Origin: Strigamia acuminata
Lineage: Eukaryota
Reading direction: 5' to 3'
NCBI GenBank assembly: GCA_949358305.1
Contig: OX442314.1
Coordinates: 3,224,001 to 3,288,000 of the forward strand
DNA: 64,000 bases
In this document: positions 8,111 through 19,200 of the stretch, in pieces
How positions within the stretch are numbered: the stretch's first letter is position 1
Layout of the letters: each line of letters begins with the position of its first letter
The notes under the pieces: generated by a model
Databases searched by the model: none
Seen by the model: the letters and a program-made list of their open reading frames with translations, nothing else
What the model was told of the DNA's origin: nothing
Made by a program: the position numbers and the translations under genes

Positions 8111-11100
8111 TGTGAAAACTGGCGTTTTACCTCAGGTTCACATTCCCTTTAATGTGTCATTTTATTTGATATTTTTGTATTTTGATTTCATAACATTTTA
8201 ATTTGGGTGCACATTCCCTTTAATGTGCCATTATTATTGCTATTTTGTAAACCTTGATTTAATAATGTTTTCTATTTGATATTTGTTCTTATTAATTCTT
8301 ATTATAATATTTTAGTGTCTTTATTTGCTAATTTCCATATTTTTTGATTTGATATTTAATATTTCCATTTATTATGTTTTTTATTTGTTTATTTACAATT
8401 TAGTGTCATTAACCTTTTATTTAAAGAGGGTTAGATTATTGTCACATGACCTGGCTTCAGCTCTCCTTCTAGGAATGCAGCTGAAGCCAATTATCGGATT
8501 AGTGGTGCTCCAATAGGAGCGTTTTTGTATATATCTTTTTGAAGACAATAAAGTTTAACCCCAGTGAGTGTACAAAATTCATGGTGGAAGCAAGCTGCAG
8601 ATTTATTTCAAAAAACATACACTTAAATTACAAAGAAGCCAGAGACTTTAAGAAGACCAACTAAAAGCGATTGGAATCTACATTTTGGTGCCGAAACCCG
8701 GGAGTACCCCAAACTGCAAGTAAAAAAATGCCTCCGAAATTTGAATTGAAGAGAAGGGCCTTGACCACAGCCATCCAGGCTGCAGAGACATTAATGGCCG
8801 CCATTACAACTGCCTTTGCTGGCGTGCCGGTGGTGACCAAAGACGTGCTCAGCATCTGGACAGATCAACTGGCGGGGAAAATGCTCCGCGTTACAAAAGC
8901 CAGTGATTTGGCCATGGACTTGGCAAAAAGTGACCTTGAGGTGGACGAGGTGAGCAACGCGATCGACGCCATAGAGGACCGCGCTGCATCAACTAGAGCC
9001 GCCATTATGACGTACACCACTCAAAATTATCCAGTTCAACCCATTGTGCCTCAAAATTTACCGCTACAATTGAATCAAGCCATAATACCAACAATTAACA
9101 ATTCGATAAAAAGAAAACCGTTGGAAGTGCCAAAATTTGACGGTAGGCGGCCAGAGGATTGGAGTGGGTTCTGGAAAACATTTAGCGTGCAATATGGAGA
9201 CGACACACAGTTGGACAATATAAATAAATTGCTTCACCTGCGCACGTATCTGCACGGGGACGCTTTGAATGACATCAAAGCGTTAGAAATAACAATACCA
9301 AATTACTTGGTCGCAGTTGATCGCTTAAAAAAGAAATATGGCGATAAAATTTTATTGGAAAATCGATTTATAAATAATTTATCCGTTTTACCTGCAGTAA
9401 AGGACGAGAAGGATCACGCTGGACTGCAGCATTTGCACCGCCACGTCGAGATAAACATCGAAAATTTGAGCAACATCGATGTGCGCCTCGAGGAATATCA
9501 AAGGACGCTGTTTCCCACACTGGCCACAGCAATCCCACGTACACTGATGCGTGAATACGACCGAGAGAACGCTGCAGAGCGATCAGTCCCTCGTCTCATG
9601 AACTGGCTGCACGAATTTGTGACCAAGGAGGCCCAATACGAGATGATGGCAAATCAATCGAGGCCAACTGAATCCCAACCGAAATTAAATGCAGTTCCGG
9701 ACTCCTCAAATTTCAAAAAAGAGAAGAAACGATTTGACAAGAGAGATAAACGAGTCTATGAAAGTTCCGCATCAATGATGTCAGTTGCAGTTAGGACTTG
9801 CCAATTTTGTGAGTCAAAGAGCCACGACAGAAAAGTCTGCCCACTCAACGCTGAAGAACGAATGGAGAAATTAAAGGCAAAAAACGTTTGTTTTCGATGC
9901 CTCGGACGAACACCGCACCCGACCAACGAGTGTCGCACGTCAATGAAGTGCTATCGATGTGAAGGGCAGCACCACACATATTTGTGCACCAAGCCAAAAT
10001 CGACAGCAACGAACGAATCAAGTTCCGGTAGACAAATTGAGGTGACTGAAATCAAACAAAACACAGTTGTCGACGTAAATCGACCAGCTGTTGAATTTTT
10101 GATGATCCAAATGGCACAATTGAGCGGAGAGAAGCTGCAAACCAAGGGTGTCTGCTACATAGACGGCGGAGCACAGCGCACATTTATTCGCGCTGACGTG
10201 GCCCAGAAATTAAATTTGAAAAAATTGGGAACGGAAAAGATCAACCTCGCCACGTTTGGTCAGCACCCCAAAATGGAAGTGAGAAACCGAGTGCAGGTGA
10301 AAATACGACCAGCCAACGGAGCATCTCCAGCCATATTAATCGATGCAATTGAAACGCCGCGGTGCACAACCACTCCGACAGAAATTCCAACCAGCGCCTT
10401 AAATGACAAATTAAAAGACTTGGGAATCCAAGTGAATTGCAAACAGGCCGCCTTACATTCAAGCGAAGTGGACATTCTCCTCGGCGTGGACCATTATAAC
10501 AAGATCACCACGGGTTGTTCCAAATTTATTGAAGAAAATTTGGCCGCTGTACACACGATTTTGGGTTGGACGCTGCACGGCCAAACGACGCAGGGGACAC
10601 AACTCACCGCGTCGCCTACGCAAGCTAATACGATAACCATTATTCCTTCTACAGATGACCTGTTGCGCAAATTTTGGGAGCTTGAATCGATTGGAGTCCA
10701 GCATGAATCAATGGCCGCCACGCGAGATGAGAAAATAATTAAGAAATTTAACCAAACCATCAACTGGACAGGGAGCCATTATTCCGTCCAGCTGCCGTGG
10801 ACAGTGAATCCAGACGAGCTTGCTGACAATTATGAAATCGCCAAACAAGAAGTCCCATCTAATTGCAACCTGATGAACGACGACGAGACCAAAGTTTTGG
10901 GATTACGATTGAGTCCAAACACAGACCAAATAAGCCTTGCTGTGGAAATTACAGACGACGTCGAAACCAAGCGAATCACCAAACGAGAAGTCATCCACAT
11001 AATAGCACAGATTTTCGACCCGTTGGGATTCGCGAGTCCCTTCACCATTACGGCAAAGATTTTTTTCCAAACCTTGTGGCTAAGAAACTTGACATGGAAC

Positions 11101-13265
11101 AAGGAATTAAATGAAGAAATTCAAGAAACGTGGAAAAAATGGGCAAATCAAATCCCCAAATTAAAAGAAGTCAAACTGCCAAGATGGATTGGATTTAAAC
11201 TACGTCAAGAAAACGAATTTCATATATTCTGCGAAGCCAGCCCGAAAGCAGTGGCTTATATGCGCAGAAAGAAAGAAGATTTAATTATAATAAATTTTTC
11301 ATTTTCCAAATCTAGAGTAGCTCCAGTAAAACAGCTGACGCTGCCCAAAATGGAACTGATGGGCGCCCTCCTCGCGGTACGACTTAAGGACCAACTGAAG
11401 GAGGTGACGGACTGCGACCGATACCATTACGGCACCGACAGTCAGATGCATTGGATAACAAACACATCCAAGCGGCCACCAACGTTCATAAACAACCAGG
11501 CGATCGAAATTAGAGAGAAATCACACGTAAAAGCATGGAAACACGTTGCGGGCCCGGAAAATCCAGCCGACCGACTGACAAGAGGCATAAACGCATCGGA
11601 ACTGATAAATGACAACCTGTGGTGGAAAGGGACAAAATGGCTAAGTGAAGAGCAAGAAAACTGGCCAAATAATAAAATAAAATTACCCATAGACCCAGAC
11701 GAATTGGACAGTGAAGCTGACGAAGAGGAGGCGCCAAGCGGAGAAACCCATGCAAATGCAGTTCAACAAAATAATCAAAAAATTGCATTTCCAATTTCCA
11801 GCTCGTATTTACGCACATGTCGAGTGTGGGCCTGGTGCTATCGTTTCGCACACAACTCAAAACAGAGAGCCGACAGCGAACACCGTCGACAAGGAGTTCT
11901 AAATGCAGAAGAACTCGTGAACGCAAAACAGAAATTAATCATCGCCGCACAGCAGCAACACTACGCTGCAGAAATGAGACAATTGACCGAGGGGAAACCA
12001 TTGATGGCAGGATCCAAATTAAAGCTGCTCAACCCATTCATTGATGCAAATGGAGTAATGAGACTGAGGACCAGACTACAAACCTCCAAAGATGAACAAA
12101 CGGCAACACAACCTATCGTGTTACCACAAAAATGCGAATTGACCAAACTAATATTTTTGCATTCTCATTCCCAGGTTCTCCACTGTGGCTTGGCAGCAAC
12201 GCTCGCCCAATTTAGAGAGTCATACTGGACACCGGCCGCAAGGAGAACCTTGAAGTCAACATCAAGTCGATGCGTCACGTGCATGAAGATACAAGGCAAA
12301 TTAATGCAAGAATCACCCGGATTGCTGCCATTTGATAGAATTACTCGTTGCGAGCCGTTTGCAGTCACGGGAGTCGACTTTGCAGGACCCATGTACATCA
12401 GAGGGCGCAAAACAAAGGCATACATTGCACTGTTTACTTGTGGCAACATCCGAGCGGCGCATCTCGAATTGGTGCCCTCGCTCAACACGCCTGATTTCAT
12501 CGACGCATTTGAACGATTTGTGAGTCGCCGAGGACTACCAAAGACATTGTACAGCGACAACGGGACGACCTTTCACCGTACAAACAAGGAATTGGCTGCA
12601 TTGTTGAATAACACCAAAGATGAGTCATTCAAAAATTATTTGTGCAACAAGGGGGTCAATTAGAAGTTCAGAGTGAAATCGGCGCGGGGGGAGTGTGAAA
12701 ACTGGCGTTTTACCTCAGGTTCACATTCCCTTTAATGTGTCATTTTATTTGATATTTTTGTATTTTGATTTCATAACATTTTAATTTGGGTGCACATTCC
12801 CTTTAATGTGCCATTATTATTGCTATTTTGTAAACCTTGATTTAATAATGTTTTCTATTTGATATTTGTTCTTATTAATTCTTATTATAATATTTTAGTG
12901 TCTTTATTTGCTAATTTCCATATTTTTTGATTTGATATTTAATATTTCCATTTATTATGTTTTTTATTTGTTTATTTACAATTTAGTGTCATTAACCTTT
13001 TATTTAAAGAGGGTTAGATTATTGTCACATGACCTGGCTTCAGCTCTCCTTCTAGGAATGCAGCTGAAGCCAATTATCGGATTAGTGGTGCTCCAATAGG
13101 AGCGTTTTTGTATATATCTTTTTGAAGACAATAAAGTTTAACCCCAGTGAGTGTACAAAATTCATGGTGGAAGCAAGCTGCAGATTTATTTCAAAAAACA
13201 TACACTTAAATTACAAAGAAGCCAGAGACTTTAAGAAGACCAACTAAAAGCGATTGGAATCTACA
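8111..13265 (+). mobile_element. BEL/Pao LTR retrotransposon, internally deleted (no RT, truncated integrase)
   Basis: 572-bp LTRs 8111-8682 and 12694-13265 (TG...CA, apparently identical); TSD GTAAG; PBS TGGTGCCGAAACCCGGGA (tRNA-Phe); PPT GGCGCGGGGGGAG. Confidence 0.95.
8728..12663 (+). CDS. BEL/Pao Gag-PR-(deleted RT)-RNase H-partial integrase polyprotein
   Basis: DUF1759-like PKFDG gag, Cys/His knuckles, protease IDGGAQ, IFDPLG, NPAD, integrase GVDFAGP and YSDNG; no YxDD; ends before the catalytic Glu of integrase. Confidence 0.88.
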   Translation: MPPKFELKRRALTTAIQAAETLMAAITTAFAGVPVVTKDVLSIWTDQLAGKMLRVTKASDLAMDLAKSDLEVDEVSNAIDAIEDRAASTRAAIMTYTTQNYPVQPIVPQNLPLQLNQAIIPTINNSIKRKPLEVPKFDGRRPEDWSGFWKTFSVQYGDDTQLDNINKLLHLRTYLHGDALNDIKALEITIPNYLVAVDRLKKKYGDKILLENRFINNLSVLPAVKDEKDHAGLQHLHRHVEINIENLSNIDVRLEEYQRTLFPTLATAIPRTLMREYDRENAAERSVPRLMNWLHEFVTKEAQYEMMANQSRPTESQPKLNAVPDSSNFKKEKKRFDKRDKRVYESSASMMSVAVRTCQFCESKSHDRKVCPLNAEERMEKLKAKNVCFRCLGRTPHPTNECRTSMKCYRCEGQHHTYLCTKPKSTATNESSSGRQIEVTEIKQNTVVDVNRPAVEFLMIQMAQLSGEKLQTKGVCYIDGGAQRTFIRADVAQKLNLKKLGTEKINLATFGQHPKMEVRNRVQVKIRPANGASPAILIDAIETPRCTTTPTEIPTSALNDKLKDLGIQVNCKQAALHSSEVDILLGVDHYNKITTGCSKFIEENLAAVHTILGWTLHGQTTQGTQLTASPTQANTITIIPSTDDLLRKFWELESIGVQHESMAATRDEKIIKKFNQTINWTGSHYSVQLPWTVNPDELADNYEIAKQEVPSNCNLMNDDETKVLGLRLSPNTDQISLAVEITDDVETKRITKREVIHIIAQIFDPLGFASPFTITAKIFFQTLWLRNLTWNKELNEEIQETWKKWANQIPKLKEVKLPRWIGFKLRQENEFHIFCEASPKAVAYMRRKKEDLIIINFSFSKSRVAPVKQLTLPKMELMGALLAVRLKDQLKEVTDCDRYHYGTDSQMHWITNTSKRPPTFINNQAIEIREKSHVKAWKHVAGPENPADRLTRGINASELINDNLWWKGTKWLSEEQENWPNNKIKLPIDPDELDSEADEEEAPSGETHANAVQQNNQKIAFPISSSYLRTCRVWAWCYRFAHNSKQRADSEHRRQGVLNAEELVNAKQKLIIAAQQQHYAAEMRQLTEGKPLMAGSKLKLLNPFIDANGVMRLRTRLQTSKDEQTATQPIVLPQKCELTKLIFLHSHSQVLHCGLAATLAQFRESYWTPAARRTLKSTSSRCVTCMKIQGKLMQESPGLLPFDRITRCEPFAVTGVDFAGPMYIRGRKTKAYIALFTCGNIRAAHLELVPSLNTPDFIDAFERFVSRRGLPKTLYSDNGTTFHRTNKELAALLNNTKDESFKNYLCNKGVN

Positions 13266-13724
13266 GTAAGGTTTCAAGTAAAAACCTTTTCCAGACTTTC
13301 GTTTCGACGATATTTTTTTTTTTTTATTTCGCTTTAAAAATGACATTCCTTTGCCTTCCGTTGCGGCGTTATGACGTTTCGTTTCGTCCAGCAGTCTCTT
13401 GTTGGTTTTTGCCGCGTCGACAGCTTTGGCAATTCCAGCCGCACCGCCAGCGAGACCGCCTAATGCTCCCAATAGCGGAAGCAGTAAAGAAAAAAACCCG
13501 CTGGTTTGTCTGATTTGTTTCGCGGGCACTTTCAAGGTCGTGCCTTTCCTTTTAGACCCGGCCTTTTTTATCTTGTTTATTTGTCTGTCCGTTAGATTTA
13601 AACCGTGATTGCTATTTAATTGCTCGTACTTCAATCTCAGATGCAAGGGTACGCGTTTTTTGACGGACCGGGATATTTTTTGACGTTGATTCGGCGATAG
13701 ATTCACTTTATGTATCTTATACAT
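13266..13724 (-). CDS. Basic, Gly/Ala-rich Polinton core/membrane-active protein; its last 7 codons (8082-8105) are separated by the BEL insertion
   Basis: Lys/Arg-rich N-terminus, GFFSLLLPLLGALGGLAGGAAG amphipathic segment, RHN and GKG motifs; removing BEL gives ...GFYLKPYGSPVTRK* (160 aa). Confidence 0.8.
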
Positions 13725-13795
13725 TTTTTTTTAAAAGCTTATTTTTTATATAAGCGAATAATTTTTTTCTTTTTTTCTTTAAATGGCATAAAAGT

Positions 13796-14866
13796 TTAAT
13801 AAAAGACGTCGACTTTGCCTTTGTCTAGTTTCATCGTCATCAGTCTGTCGCTGATTATCAAAGCGTAAGCTTTAGTGTCGGCAGGAACGGTTCTCTCGAA
13901 TTTCATTTTTATTTGCACGTCCATTATTCCGGTTTTAAGCCTTTCGCTTTGTTTCGTGCAATCTATCACTACGAGCGGGAACATTTTTCCGTACTCGTAA
14001 CTGTTAAACATCAAATCGTCGGCGCCGTAATAATCTTTTCTAAATTGAATGCAACTTTCGAGGAATTTGCAATAATTTGCTTGCGCGAAATCGTTGTTAC
14101 TGTCCAGGTAAGGATAGCGTTCCGAATTTAAGTAGACGTGCACTTCCGTTACGTTGCAGTTGTCAAATACGGCCGGATTTTTTAATTGGTCGTCTCTTTT
14201 GTTAATTTGTAAAGCCACGATGATGTAACGCGGTTTTTCCGACGTGCTGGTCGTTACCACTCTCCACGCGTGTTCTTTGCTTTCGGGCACGTCCGTCATC
14301 TCGAACGACCAATGCCGGAAAGCCAACGGAACGTTCACACCTCTATCTACGGCAGTGAGTAGCCTGTTCTTCTGGACATCGGACGGCAAAACGTGCGGCA
14401 TCATCCAGTACAACTGTTCGAGAACGATTTTACCATCGGGGGTGTTTGCTTGTCCGGCGGCGGGACCGGACAGTGTCGCTTTAGAAATGGCGTCGTTGTC
14501 GTGAGTTCGCATTAAGGTCAAAACTTGTTTGGCGCCGTATACGATTTTAGTGTAGTCTTCGAAAAATCCCATTAAGTGCGTTAGGGGTACCATCAAAGCG
14601 AACAATCCCGTGGGCGTCGGCATTATGTTATAGATATTTCTGCGTTCTCGAAAGCCAAAATTAGTGGTATCCGACGCATCACCCGAGCCACGATTCGCTA
14701 TCCAACCCATATTTCCGCTCGAATTTTGGAGCTGTTTGTACGTCAGTGCTCCCTTAATGGTGGTCGCGTAACCCGGATAATTTATTTCGTCTATCAATTT
14801 GTCGCCGATGTGATATTTCATGTTGCTGAATAAAAATGGTACGAAATTATTTGTTAGCGTTATTAC
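13796..14866 (-). CDS. Major capsid protein (double jelly-roll), C-terminal part
   Basis: EKPRYIIVALQ, LNSERYPY and PLVVIDCTKQ motifs; joins in frame with 28416-28675 when the Copia is removed (441 aa). Confidence 0.92.
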   Translation of the reverse strand, partial: VITLTNNFVPFLFSNMKYHIGDKLIDEINYPGYATTIKGALTYKQLQNSSGNMGWIANRGSGDASDTTNFGFRERRNIYNIMPTPTGLFALMVPLTHLMGFFEDYTKIVYGAKQVLTLMRTHDNDAISKATLSGPAAGQANTPDGKIVLEQLYWMMPHVLPSDVQKNRLLTAVDRGVNVPLAFRHWSFEMTDVPESKEHAWRVVTTSTSEKPRYIIVALQINKRDDQLKNPAVFDNCNVTEVHVYLNSERYPYLDSNNDFAQANYCKFLESCIQFRKDYYGADDLMFNSYEYGKMFPLVVIDCTKQSERLKTGIMDVQIKMKFERTVPADTKAYALIISDRLMTMKLDKGKVDVFY

Positions 14867-16237
14867 TGTTGTTTTCCGATACCAAATAGTCCTCCGTATT
14901 CATTTCGTGTATTTACATTGTGTTTCTGCATCATGCAGTCTTCATAGTATTTATTTAGACTTTACTTATTGTTTAACATGAGGTATAATGCTGCCTGTAT
15001 CACTTTTGTATCAGTTTAACTTTTCCAACACCAGATGGTGTCATTCTATGTTTTTCACACATCCAAGATGTCCGCCTGCGTGTCTGCAGGTTTCTGCTTA
15101 TCATTCTCGTCCAAATGGACTCCAATTTGTAAGTGCTTTTATTTATAATTAAATATTGTTTATTTTTTTTACATTCTTTTGTTGTATTTGGCCGCATATA
15201 AGCACGTTTAAACGTGCGGCGCCTCGTTGTTGTCACGCCATTATTGGCGATAGTTTGCGCTCGCCATTTCGGCCGCGCACGTGTTATTTACACGGCGTTT
15301 ACCGCTTCCACATGGTCAGTTTGACCACTTTGCGCCTCCTCCTCTGCTACAAGTGGTAGCAGAGAGTGGTTGGCTGTCCAGCAGCGCAACAAACCATTAA
15401 CCTTTATCGCCATTTTCGCGAAAGTCGCGAATTTGCGATAAATTCTTTATTTGCAGATTTCCGCGACGAATTTCGACAACGTCTCCAGAACGTCCCCGAC
15501 GACGCGCCGACGTTCTCACGCAGTTTGTGCTACCGGCTCTATAATTTTCCATTTGACTTCGCTCGAATCTCCGCGAGTTTCGCGATTTTCGAAGCGAATT
15601 TTGTGTATTTTGCAGATTTTCGCCGATTTCCAGCGATTCAACGTTGGAAAACCCACTGGACGCAGTGTGAACGACGAGTTTAGGAATATCCCGACCTCGT
15701 ACACACTGTACAGTCAAAGAAACGACGATTTCCGAATTTTCGGCAAGAAAAACGACGAATTTTGACGATTTTCGCATTTTTAATGCGCAACGACGCCATT
15801 TTTGCTTTGCAATTATTGGCGCAACGTCTCATCACACTAATCAAATATTCCTTTTCAGTAGTCGTAATAAGCTTGTTAATTTTAAGGTATATTTAAGGTT
15901 TTGGGGGCCCTTTAGAATAGTTTTTGCTCTTCGGTTCCAGTCGGAACCACCGCATTAACTCATTCCTAGCCAGTGCTTACCGTGGCCAACAGGTACTCCC
16001 GCGCCTCCAGGAAGGCGAACGGACTCCTGTGTGTTGGCTGGCTAGGGTTATTTGACCACTTCAGAAGTGGTTGCCCAATTCGATTGATATCCGCTTTGAC
16101 AGTGCTTCGATTAGTGCGCCGTATTTGTATTGCGCAACGCAAAATATCGTGCTACGAGACCGTCAAGTGCTCCAATTTGTGCCATTCTCCATCCAGTGTG
16201 TTTTGCTACGGATTGCTCCATAACTCCGCGTCATTAT

Positions 16238-19200
16238 TGTTGGCCTTTTTGTTCCCCGAGATGTTTAATAGTTGTTTATTCTCGATGTTTACATTAATGT
16301 TTGATATTTATCTGTCTATTACTTTGTAAACATCGTTTTATGAATGGATCAAATGAGATCCCGTACCTGTGCTTTTGTTTTGTATAGATTTCGTTTATCG
16401 GGTTTTGTTTAACCCATATCTGTATCTCGTTTTATCATTGCCTTTGTTATTACTTACGTTTTCCTGTTTTTCAATGATGAGTGTGCTTAATAAAGCAGCT
16501 ATGGATTTCTACACTTTTGCCTCTTTATTTCCGGACAATCTACATGGTAGCAGAGGACTAAGGTGTGTTCCATCATTGTAAGTTCGTTTTTGACGTTTTT
16601 AAGAGTTGCCAACATCGTTTTTCCCGTCAAATTTCGTCCGGGACGTTGCCGCACTCGCTTATCATCGATTACTCATTCCTGGAACAATGGCCGACCTCGT
16701 TTCTTCACGCCCGCTCACCCGACGAATTTGATGCTTTTTCCGCAATTTCCAACGGATTTCAACGCAGAAAATTTTCGTGGGTGCTGTCCTAACCTTGTTG
16801 AAGAATCGTGGGTACTTTTCCCGATGAATTTCCGTGGATTTTCGCCGATGATCGCCGCAGATTCGCCCGATCGCAATGCACCGCAATCCGAGTGATTTTC
16901 GCCGACGATTTTCACGTGTTTCATCAAGTTTTCGACTGTGCCCAGCCAGTATCTACTTGTATTTAGCAGTGTACGTGTTGTACACACAATTGTGAGTGCT
17001 TTTCACGGCGTTTTCCGATTTTTTCGAGCCGATTTTCATCGTTTTTGCACCGTAAGCCCGTGCGCATTGCGACGTGTCGACATTCATCGAGATTTTCACC
17101 GTGTTCAGTGCTTTTGTGTTGTGCCAGGGATTATTGGATTGTATGCTTGTTTTCACAAGCATTTGTGAGTACTGTCGAGTTTATTTAGTGTGTTTTTGGT
17201 CACGTTTCGTCAATTTTTCGTCGTTTTTCCGTGTTAGTTCGCAATACGAACACGAGGCGCCGTGTACGACGATTTTTTGAACTTTTCGACAATTTTCCAG
17301 CACACGAACATTTGTGAACTTATTTCTAATGTTTTCATCTATTTTTCTAGCTGTTTTTCGTTGGATTATTCCCGCACGACGTGTGCGAAGCGGCTGACGA
17401 TTGCCGAGGATTTTCGACGATTTCGAAGGATTTTCGCACCCCGGTGTGCGCAACAGAGAATCTCCTGCGAATTTTGTTTAATTCGCCTCTTTTGTTTTCT
17501 TATTTTCATATTTTTCGCCTTCCCAGTCGTGAAACTTTGTGAAACTTTTGGGGGACCCTGTGTAGGATCCTGGGATTAATTCTGCAAGAATTTAATTATT
17601 TTTGCAGATTTGATTCCTTGCCTTGGTCATTGCACTTTGACCATTGTATTTATTTTGCTGTGCCCGACAGTGGGGTATCCGGGGGCCACAGGGCCGTTAA
17701 TTCCCGACAACTCCTAAACGGCCATTGTTTAGACGGGTTAACTAGTAACCTGTATAGCCCATTCGTTGGATATCCGCCTTGAACATCGTCAACGGTTTCC
17801 CAGCGCGTAATTTGCATTTTTCTTTGCCACGGTTGACATTTCTCAAAGTGACACCGCTCTTCATTACCGCTCTTCGAAATGGCTGAATCCGACAAAGCAA
17901 CCACGCATCATTTCTCTATTGCACGACTTAATTCGGACAATTACGAATCGTGGTCGAGGAATATCCAGTTTTTATTACTGGAGAGAGGCGTCGATCAGTT
18001 TATCGACGAAAAACCTCCCGTGAAGAACGATGCGTGGGACGATACTCGCAAACAACTTTACGATGACCGCTCCAAACGCGCCAAAGCCTTGCTTGGCCTA
18101 TTTGTTGAGCCGCAGTATCAGGACATCGTTCTCGCTGCGAAGACCGCGCGCGATGCCTGGGTGGCATTGAAAGCGACGTTTCAACCGACTTCTCTTGCCC
18201 GAATTGCGAAACTCCGCCGTGATTTCCTCATCATGCGATTACTTCCAAATGAAGATATGTCAGTCTTCGTAAGCCGCGTGACCAAAGCCCGTACGGTTTT
18301 GGTTGAATTGGATGTCAAATTTTCGGATTCGGATGTCGCTTATCAACTTCTGGATTTTTTACCGGATTCGTACGAAGCGACAGTACAGACCATTTATCAT
18401 TGGTCTAAGGCAGGTTTCACCTTAAAGGCAGTCACCGACCATCTTCTCTCGGAATTTAACCGTTTGAAGATAAAGAGTGCTGATTCGGGATCATCGACTA
18501 GTTTGCAGTCAGCGAGTTCGACTTCGAGTGCACCGACAAAGGTTTTCAAGCCATTGTCGCAAATTCAGTGCTTTAATTGCAAGGAAATGGGACACTACGC
18601 GAACAAGTGCCCCAAACCCCGAGTCCAGGGCGCTGCCTCTTCCGCTCCATCCGCTAATCGTGGTCGACGCTCGTATTCGCGCAACCGCAAGCGTGGACGC
18701 GGTGGTGGTGCTTCGCAGACGGCTACTGTTTCTTCGAATGTGGTGACCGGGATCAATTTCTTCGCGCGATCGGAATCGAATGTGTCTTCAGCTTCATCGA
18801 ATGAGTGGCTCATCGATTCGGGTTCTTCCGACCATGTGTGTCCAGTGCGTGATCGTTTCACCAATTACAAGCCGGTCTCCAATTATTTCATCATTTTAGG
18901 TGAAGGTCGTTCTCGAGTGGATGGTATTGGAGATGTGGTGTTGTGAGTTGGCCGTGGTGGCGCTGGGGGGTCTAATTTTCCCGTGACTATGCATAATGTT
19001 TTGCATGCCCCCGCTTTCTCGCGTAATTTGGTGAGTTTGTCGAAGATCGATCGTGCCGGACTGCATTTTGCAGCCGCTAATGGCTTAATGTCCATTTATC
19101 ACCCTGATGATAAGGCCAAACAATTTCTTTTAACGGCCAAACTGAAGGACGATTTATATTCCCTTCAGAATATTTTGCCCGCGGATCTTACATCTGCGAA

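Noticed and set aside
8325..8516. Duplicated short ORFs (also 12908, 15000/28064, 16369/22702, 46412/52150, 31572/32716)
   Set aside because: They are chance frames within LTRs or TIRs, duplicated with the repeat.
15965..16090. HDV-like ribozyme in the Copia leader
   Set aside because: P1-like pairings exist, but I could not build a contiguous P2/P3/P1.1 core, and the L3-like loop differs in Copia D; kept only as a structured element.
18944..18946. Programmed gag-pol readthrough in Copia B
   Set aside because: The stop falls inside the protease domain and the related Copias are open here, so a nonsense mutation is more likely.
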